Of a stretch of DNA of 60,713 nucleotides, positions 55,043 to 60,713 are shown piece by piece. A program made the position numbers and the translations under genes. Below the pieces are notes generated by a model that made no database searches, was not told the DNA's origin, and was given only the letters and a program-made list of their open reading frames with translations. Each line of letters opens with the position of its first letter. Position 1 is the stretch's first letter. The stretch is from Patescibacteria group bacterium (GTDB lineage: Bacteria; Patescibacteriota; Patescibacteriia; Buchananbacterales; UBA6539), in contig JBAZMQ010000009.1 of the NCBI GenBank assembly GCA_041649675.1, positions 1 through 60,713 on the forward strand, read 5' to 3'.

Positions 55043-56424
55043 ACGATTTAAAAAACAAATTAAAAAAAGCGCTACTATTGTCGGGAGATATTTTTATCCT
55101 CTACTTTTCCTTATGGCTAGCCCTTTACGTTCGGAAAGGTTTTAGTTTTGATATTCAAACCTGGCAAGAACACTTGCTGCCGTTTACTTTAATTTTTATC
55201 GCCTGGCTGCTGATTTTCTTTATTAATGGTTACTATGAATTAAAATCAGCCAAAAATAATATGGCTTTCTACTCAAGCCTTCTTACCACTTCGCTTTTCA
55301 ATATAATTATTGCCATTATTATTCTCTATATTACCGCCAGCCGCTTAACTAATTTAAGACCTCAGACCGTTTTAATTTTAGATATTGTCATCTTTACCTG
55401 CCTTTTTATAATTTGGCGTAATTCATTCAACCACTTGGTTAAAGCCAAAGCTTGGTCAAACAATATTGCTATCATCGGTTTGAATAGCAAAACTTTAGAA
55501 ATTATTAAAATAATCAGGCAAAGGCCACAGCTTGGTTATCGGTTAAGTATAGTAATCCGCAGCCAGGAGGATGAATTAGTTAGTCTCCCTGACGGTATAG
55601 AAGTTATTGATAACCCGGCTGATTTAACCAAAGATATAAATAATAGAAAAATTGATACAATCGTTGCCACGATTGATACTTCCCGTTATCCGGAATTAAT
55701 TGATAAAATCTTTACTTGCTTGGCTTTAGGGATTAATTTTTTTGATTATGCTAATTTCTACGAAAAATACACCGGTAAAATTCCAGTCACGGTTATCAAA
55801 CAAAGTTGGTTTTTAGAAAACCTAGCTGAAAATGATAAACGGCTATATGAAAGATTAAAAAGGATAATTGATATTTCTGCTGCCTTAGTTATTGGCTTAT
55901 TGTCGTTAATTTTTATCCCATTTATAATTTTAGCCATCAAAATTAATAGCCACGGTTCAATAATTTTCAAACAATATCGGGTTGGCAAAAATGGAAAAAT
56001 ATTTTTAGCATTAAAATTTAGGTCAATGAAAATTGATGCCGAAAAGGCCGGCCCGCAATGGGCCCAAAAAGATGATCCCAGAACGACTCGCGTCGGAAAA
56101 TTTTTACGGAAAACCAGAATTGATGAGATACCACAGCTGCTTAATGTTTTAAAGGGCGAAATGAGTCTAATTGGACCACGGCCGGAAAGAACGGAATTTG
56201 TTAACCTCCTAGAAAAAGAAATTCCTTTTTATCGGGAACGGCTATTGGTAAAACCGGGATTAACCGGTTGGGCCCAAATTAATTTTCCTTACGGCGCCTC
56301 AAAAGAAGATGCCTTGGAAAAATTACAATATGACCTCTACTATATTAAAAACCGATCATTATTTTTAGACTTAAGTATTTTACTTAAAACTAGCCGAATA
56401 GTTTTAAGCCGACAAGGAAGATAA
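55039..56424 (+). CDS. Polyprenyl-phosphate sugar phosphotransferase (WbaP/exopolysaccharide priming type)
   Basis: KRIIDISAALV...GSIIFKQYRVGKNGKIFLALKFRSM and PQLLNVLKGEMSLIGPRP. Confidence 0.85.
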   Translation: MNDLKNKLKKALLLSGDIFILYFSLWLALYVRKGFSFDIQTWQEHLLPFTLIFIAWLLIFFINGYYELKSAKNNMAFYSSLLTTSLFNIIIAIIILYITASRLTNLRPQTVLILDIVIFTCLFIIWRNSFNHLVKAKAWSNNIAIIGLNSKTLEIIKIIRQRPQLGYRLSIVIRSQEDELVSLPDGIEVIDNPADLTKDINNRKIDTIVATIDTSRYPELIDKIFTCLALGINFFDYANFYEKYTGKIPVTVIKQSWFLENLAENDKRLYERLKRIIDISAALVIGLLSLIFIPFIILAIKINSHGSIIFKQYRVGKNGKIFLALKFRSMKIDAEKAGPQWAQKDDPRTTRVGKFLRKTRIDEIPQLLNVLKGEMSLIGPRPERTEFVNLLEKEIPFYRERLLVKPGLTGWAQINFPYGASKEDALEKLQYDLYYIKNRSLFLDLSILLKTSRIVLSRQGR

Positions 56425-56428
56425 TTTT

Positions 56429-57295
56429 ATGGAAAATATAAAATTTTCAGTAATCATCCCCGCTTATAACGAGCAAGACACTATCACTGCAGTTTTAGTT
56501 GAATTAAAAAGTTACCTTCATAGTAATTTTTCTGGCCGCTATGAAATCATTGTCATCAACGACGGTTCAACTGATAAAACCAGTGATATTCTCAAAGCTA
56601 TTGATGGGCTAAAAATCATTGAACACCCCTACAACAAAGGTTACGGCGCTTCCGTCAAGGCAGCCGTCAAACAATCAACCATGGATTGGATTTTAGTTTT
56701 TGATGCTGATGGCCAACACAAATGCGAAGACATTAAAAAATTAATAGATGCAGCCGATGGTTTTGATATGGTTGTCGGTGCCAGGCAGGGTTATAAAGGT
56801 CCGATAGTTCGCCAACCGGGCAAAAAAATTCTGCATTGGGTAGCTGAATACTTGGTTCAAAAAAAGATTGCTGATCTTAATTCCGGCCTAAGATTAATCA
56901 AAACCAAATACTTTTTGAAATATGCCCATCTTTTACCAGAAGCCTTTTCTTGGACCACCACCATTACCCTGGCTTTCTTCAAAGAAAGTTTAAATGTCAA
57001 ATACGTACCGATTGAAATAAACAAACGCCAAGGTGGCAAAAGCACTGTCAAAATCAGCGATGCTGGCCGGACTCTTATGCTAATTTTAAGAATTATAATG
57101 CTTTTTTCACCGCTCCGAATTTTTTTGCCCATAAGTTTAATTTTATTAATCCCGGCAGTGATTTTTGGTATTATTGATCTGATTAACTTTAATATTACTG
57201 ATATCACTATCGTTTTAATGATTTCAACCGTCTTAATCTTTTTCTTTGGTCTTTTAGCTGACCAAATTGCAGCTATTAGACGGGAAATAAAATAA
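56429..57295 (+). CDS. Glycosyltransferase family 2 with C-terminal TM helices
   Basis: FSVIIPAYNE..VINDGSTDKT..FDADGQH. Confidence 0.8.
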   Translation: MENIKFSVIIPAYNEQDTITAVLVELKSYLHSNFSGRYEIIVINDGSTDKTSDILKAIDGLKIIEHPYNKGYGASVKAAVKQSTMDWILVFDADGQHKCEDIKKLIDAADGFDMVVGARQGYKGPIVRQPGKKILHWVAEYLVQKKIADLNSGLRLIKTKYFLKYAHLLPEAFSWTTTITLAFFKESLNVKYVPIEINKRQGGKSTVKISDAGRTLMLILRIIMLFSPLRIFLPISLILLIPAVIFGIIDLINFNITDITIVLMISTVLIFFFGLLADQIAAIRREIK

Positions 57296-57296
57296 A

Positions 57297-58712
57297 ATGA
57301 AAATTCTACTCATTAATCCCCCCAGCGAACATACTATCACTACTAACGTACCCAAGCTAGTTGAGGAAGGCGTTGGCTATATCCCACCCTTAGGTTTGAT
57401 GTACGTTGCTGCTTATATTGAAAAAAATACCAACCATCAAATTAAAATTATTGACTGCGAAGTTGAAGGAATAGATTATTCTCAGTTGGAAAATGTTATT
57501 ACCCGGGAAAATCCTGACATCATTGGTATTACTGCCTTAACTTTTACTTTAATTGATGTCATGGAAACATTAAGGATAATTAAAAAAGTTAATCCAAAAA
57601 TCAAAACAATCTTGGGTGGACCTCATGTCCATATTTACCCTGAAGAAACTTTAAAAATTAAAGAGGTTGACTTCGTGGTTTTGGGTGAAGGTGAACTGCC
57701 AATCATAAATTTATTGGAAAATATTAATAATCTTGAGGCACTAAAGAATAACAAAGGGATTGCTTTTCGCTTGGGTGAACAAATAATTAATAACGGCCGC
57801 GAGGATTTTATTCAAAATTTAGATGAACTCCCCTTTCCGGCTCGGCACCTAACGGTGTACAAAAAATATTTTTCGGTATTGGCCAAACAGTCCCCGGTTA
57901 CGACGATGTTTACTTCCCGCGGTTGTCCTTACAAATGTATTTTTTGTGATCGGCCCCATCTTGGTAAAATGTTTCGTTTTCGGACTGCCGCCAATGTAGT
58001 TGATGAAATGGAAAAAATAATTCAAATGGGTATTCCCGAAATTTTTATTTATGACGACACTTTCACTGTTGACCGCCAAAGAGTGATTGATATTTGCGAT
58101 GAAATTCTAAAAAGAAACCTAAAAATTAGTTGGGATGTTAGAGCGCGCGTCAATACTGTTGATTTGGAGTTATTAAAAAAAATGCAACAAGCCGGCTGTG
58201 AAAGAATTCATTTTGGGGTTGAAGCCGGCACCAAAAAAATCTTGGAGGTTTTGCGAAAAGGCATAACTTTAGACCAGGCCAAAGCCGCTTTTTCTATGTC
58301 ACAAAAGGTAGGTATTCAAACCCTGGCCTATTTTATCATCGGTTCACCGACTGAAACCAAACAGGATATACTAGAAACCATAAAAGTCGCTAAAAAATTG
58401 AAACCGGACTTTGCTCATTTTTCAATCATGACTCCATTTCCGGCAACTGACCTTTACCGACTAGGTTTAGAAAATGGAATTTTGCCAAAAGATTACTGGC
58501 AGGAATTTGCCCAAAATCCAACCAAAGATTTCGTCCCAATGCTTTGGGAAGAAAATTTGAACCGGGAAGAATTAGTTGCTTTGCTTAAAAAAGCCTACCG
58601 GTCTTTTTATTTTAGGCCATCATACATTATAAAAAGATTACTCAAACTTACCTCTTGGCATGAATTTAAAACCAAATTCAAAGCCGGCATCAACTTACTC
58701 TTTAGAGTCTAA
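57297..58712 (+). CDS. B12-binding-domain radical SAM enzyme
   Basis: N-terminal cobalamin-binding-like domain, then SRGCPYKCIFCD (CxxxCxxC). Confidence 0.8.
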   Translation: MKILLINPPSEHTITTNVPKLVEEGVGYIPPLGLMYVAAYIEKNTNHQIKIIDCEVEGIDYSQLENVITRENPDIIGITALTFTLIDVMETLRIIKKVNPKIKTILGGPHVHIYPEETLKIKEVDFVVLGEGELPIINLLENINNLEALKNNKGIAFRLGEQIINNGREDFIQNLDELPFPARHLTVYKKYFSVLAKQSPVTTMFTSRGCPYKCIFCDRPHLGKMFRFRTAANVVDEMEKIIQMGIPEIFIYDDTFTVDRQRVIDICDEILKRNLKISWDVRARVNTVDLELLKKMQQAGCERIHFGVEAGTKKILEVLRKGITLDQAKAAFSMSQKVGIQTLAYFIIGSPTETKQDILETIKVAKKLKPDFAHFSIMTPFPATDLYRLGLENGILPKDYWQEFAQNPTKDFVPMLWEENLNREELVALLKKAYRSFYFRPSYIIKRLLKLTSWHEFKTKFKAGINLLFRV

Positions 58713-59667
58713 AATCCTAGTGATAAAACTCAAAAAAACAAAAAATTTATTAATCCTTTTGGGAATTTTCCTATTTTTATTTATTGTTTTCTTTGTTGTT
58801 AATCCAAAAGTACTGCTAAAAACAATCCAGGGAACAAATTTGTGGTATTTCTTGCCAGTCTTTCTCCTCTGTTTTCCCTTAGTCGGCTTTAAGGCTTGGC
58901 GCTGGCAGCTATTGATGAAAAAACAAAATATTTATTATTCGCTTTGGTCCTGCTTTAAAATGTACTCAGTCGGCATATTCCTAAGCTTAGTCACGCCCGG
59001 CAAGATTGGCGAAGCGGCAAAAATATTTTATCTCCACCAAGACAAATATTCAATCAGACAATCATTAATCACAATTATTTTAGATCGGATTTTAGACTTG
59101 GCTTTTTTATTTATCTTCGCCTTTATTGGTTTTATAATTTTCATTCATTACTTTGCCCAAGAAGTCATTTACTTGAGCCTGGCGGGTATCGGAATAACAA
59201 TTTTATTTTATATCTTTATTAAAGCTAAACTTTATTATCGTTTGATTGGCTCACTAGTCCCCGAAAAATACCAGGACACCTTTATCAAACATTCGCGTGA
59301 TTTTTTTGCTGATTTAAAAAAATATAATTTCTCCAGCTACTTAATCGGTTTTATCTTAACTATTTTGGCTTGGCTGATTTACATTCTCCAAATTTATTTT
59401 TTAAGTTTAGCTTTGGGGTTAAATTTAAAATTTTTATTTTTAATTCCAATGATCGCGGTTGCCAATATTACTAGCTTATTGCCCATCAGCTTTAATGGCT
59501 TAGGCACCAGAGAAGCAGTCTTTATATTTTTCTTTAGCCTAATTGGCTTGTCAGTTGAACAGGCAACGGCTTTAGGCATACTTCAATTTTCAATTGGCTT
59601 ATTTACGGCAATCCTCGGCTTTAGTTTCTGGCTTAAAAAACCTATTCGTTTAAAGGCTAATGACTGA
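58660..59667 (+). CDS. Flippase-like / LPG-synthase-TM (UPF0104) family membrane protein
   Basis: FKAWRWQLL and PGKIGEAAK motifs; polytopic. The start is uncertain: the ATG at 58660 overlaps the upstream gene by 53 nt, and an in-frame GTG at 58720 is an alternative. Confidence 0.6.
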   Translation: MNLKPNSKPASTYSLESKILVIKLKKTKNLLILLGIFLFLFIVFFVVNPKVLLKTIQGTNLWYFLPVFLLCFPLVGFKAWRWQLLMKKQNIYYSLWSCFKMYSVGIFLSLVTPGKIGEAAKIFYLHQDKYSIRQSLITIILDRILDLAFLFIFAFIGFIIFIHYFAQEVIYLSLAGIGITILFYIFIKAKLYYRLIGSLVPEKYQDTFIKHSRDFFADLKKYNFSSYLIGFILTILAWLIYILQIYFLSLALGLNLKFLFLIPMIAVANITSLLPISFNGLGTREAVFIFFFSLIGLSVEQATALGILQFSIGLFTAILGFSFWLKKPIRLKAND

Positions 59668-60322
59668 AATATTCCAAAAAACTTATTGGGAAAGAGATAA
59701 TCTGGACCAGCGAAGACAACCCAACCATCCGGTCGTGGCGGCTTTTGCCACTAAAAAAATTGATGAAATCAAAAAAAGCCTTAACAGCGAAGCGATAAAA
59801 ACAATTTTGGATGTTGGCGCTGGTAATGGCTTTTTTTCTTATTACCTGCAAACTCTTGGTAACCTAACAGCCGTTGACTATTCGGAAAAAATGATTGCCT
59901 TAAATCCAGTTAAAAATAAAATGGTAATGAACGCTACTCAATTGAATTTTGAGAATAATTCATTTGACCTAGTTTTTGAAGCCGGAATGCTTCATCACGT
60001 CCAAAACCTTGACCAAGTAATTTCAGAAATGAAAAGAGTAACCAAAAAATATTTAGTTATTCTTGAACCAAACCGCAATAATCCCCTAATGTTTCTTTTT
60101 GGTCTAATAAATAAAGAGGAAAAAAAATCGCTTAAATTTTCTTTAAACTATCTCAAAAATAAATTAGAGCAAAACGATTTAAAAATAATCAAAGCCTTTA
60201 GCCATGGCGCAATTTTACCAAATAAAGTGCCAACCTGGGCCTTACCGGTTTTAAAAATTTTTGACAAAAAAATCCCGGTTTTGGGATTTAACAATATTAT
60301 AATCTGTGAAAAGAAAAATTAA
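59660..60322 (+). CDS. Class I SAM-dependent methyltransferase
   Basis: ILDVGAGNGFFSYYL (motif I) and FDLVFEAGMLHHV. Confidence 0.8.
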   Translation: MTEIFQKTYWERDNLDQRRQPNHPVVAAFATKKIDEIKKSLNSEAIKTILDVGAGNGFFSYYLQTLGNLTAVDYSEKMIALNPVKNKMVMNATQLNFENNSFDLVFEAGMLHHVQNLDQVISEMKRVTKKYLVILEPNRNNPLMFLFGLINKEEKKSLKFSLNYLKNKLEQNDLKIIKAFSHGAILPNKVPTWALPVLKIFDKKIPVLGFNNIIICEKKN

Positions 60323-60713
60323 AGCTCAGCCGGTTTAATAATTTTTACTTCGGTTGATTTAGAAATTTCTTGCATTATACTATCCTCATAGCCAATGGCA
60401 TAAGTAACACCAAACGATTTGAAGGCAGACGAAAGTTTTCCTTCTTTTATTAATCCTTGAATTGTTTCTTGGTCAAAATAAACGTAGTTTTTGTCAGTAT
60501 AATAGCTTAAAGCGCCCATCGCGGCCGGATGGACCCCAACAGCGATAACATCCGTTCTTGAATCAATGTTTGCATCTTGGACAGCCAAAATTAATGGCTG
60601 AGTATTAACAATAACATTTTGACCGCCATACTCACGACCAAACAATATTTTATCAATGGCTAACAAATTTCCCAAAATACCAATAACCAAAATGGCCCCA
60701 AAAAATATTTTTT
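60319..60713 (-). CDS. Hypothetical protein, 5' end outside the window
   Basis: The frame stays open upstream of the listed TTG at 60690 to the window edge (..KIFFGAILVIGILGN looks like a TM start). Confidence 0.4.
   Translation of the reverse strand, partial: KIFFGAILVIGILGNLLAIDKILFGREYGGQNVIVNTQPLILAVQDANIDSRTDVIAVGVHPAAMGALSYYTDKNYVYFDQETIQGLIKEGKLSSAFKSFGVTYAIGYEDSIMQEISKSTEVKIIKPAEL

Noticed and set aside
1-60713. Search for tRNA, rRNA, tmRNA, known riboswitch or ribozyme cores, transposases and phage structural genes
   Set aside because: By eye I could not identify any cloverleaf-compatible sequence, rRNA-like stretch, conserved riboswitch core or transposase/integrase motif. A covariance-model scan (Infernal/Rfam, tRNAscan-SE) is needed to confirm their absence.

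Overview
This is an AT-rich, tightly packed bacterial segment. Its style is consistent with a small-genome Patescibacteria/CPR-like organism, which is my inference. No rRNA, tRNA, CRISPR array, transposase or reverse transcriptase is recognisable.

The layout has three parts:
- **386-19879:** one long minus-strand gene train. It runs murA, S41 protease, five tandem paralogs with a C-terminal PEP-utiliser phosphohistidine 'swivel' domain plus an embedded ORFan, a HAD-like protein, a ParB/Srx-like protein, two PTA_PTB-like paralogs, an M29-like peptidase, a frameshifted DUF559 insertion, a stand-alone PPDK_N ATP-grasp protein, acylphosphatase, L9 and pyrG.
- **21.5-34.5 kb and 43-60.7 kb:** cell-envelope glycan genes. 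These include dispersed rmlABCD, GT2/GT4/GT-C enzymes, a GtrA-like protein, an O-antigen-ligase/TPR protein, neuC/neuA, a WbaP-like transferase, a B12 radical SAM protein and an S8 protease with FG-GAP repeats.
- **32.6-42.7 kb:** an accessory patchwork. It holds GC-rich ORFan cassettes with their own promoters, RBSs and terminators, an AT-rich island, REP-like GC hairpins, and a rubredoxin-like/FTR-like/superoxide-reductase/CutA operon.

The most interesting candidate system is a split, rifampin-phosphotransferase-like dikinase arrangement. One orphan ATP-grasp gene sits with five diversified genes that each combine a variable domain with a swivel-His domain, inside a phosphotransfer-themed neighbourhood.

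All family calls come from reading the translated ORFs by eye. No searches were run.
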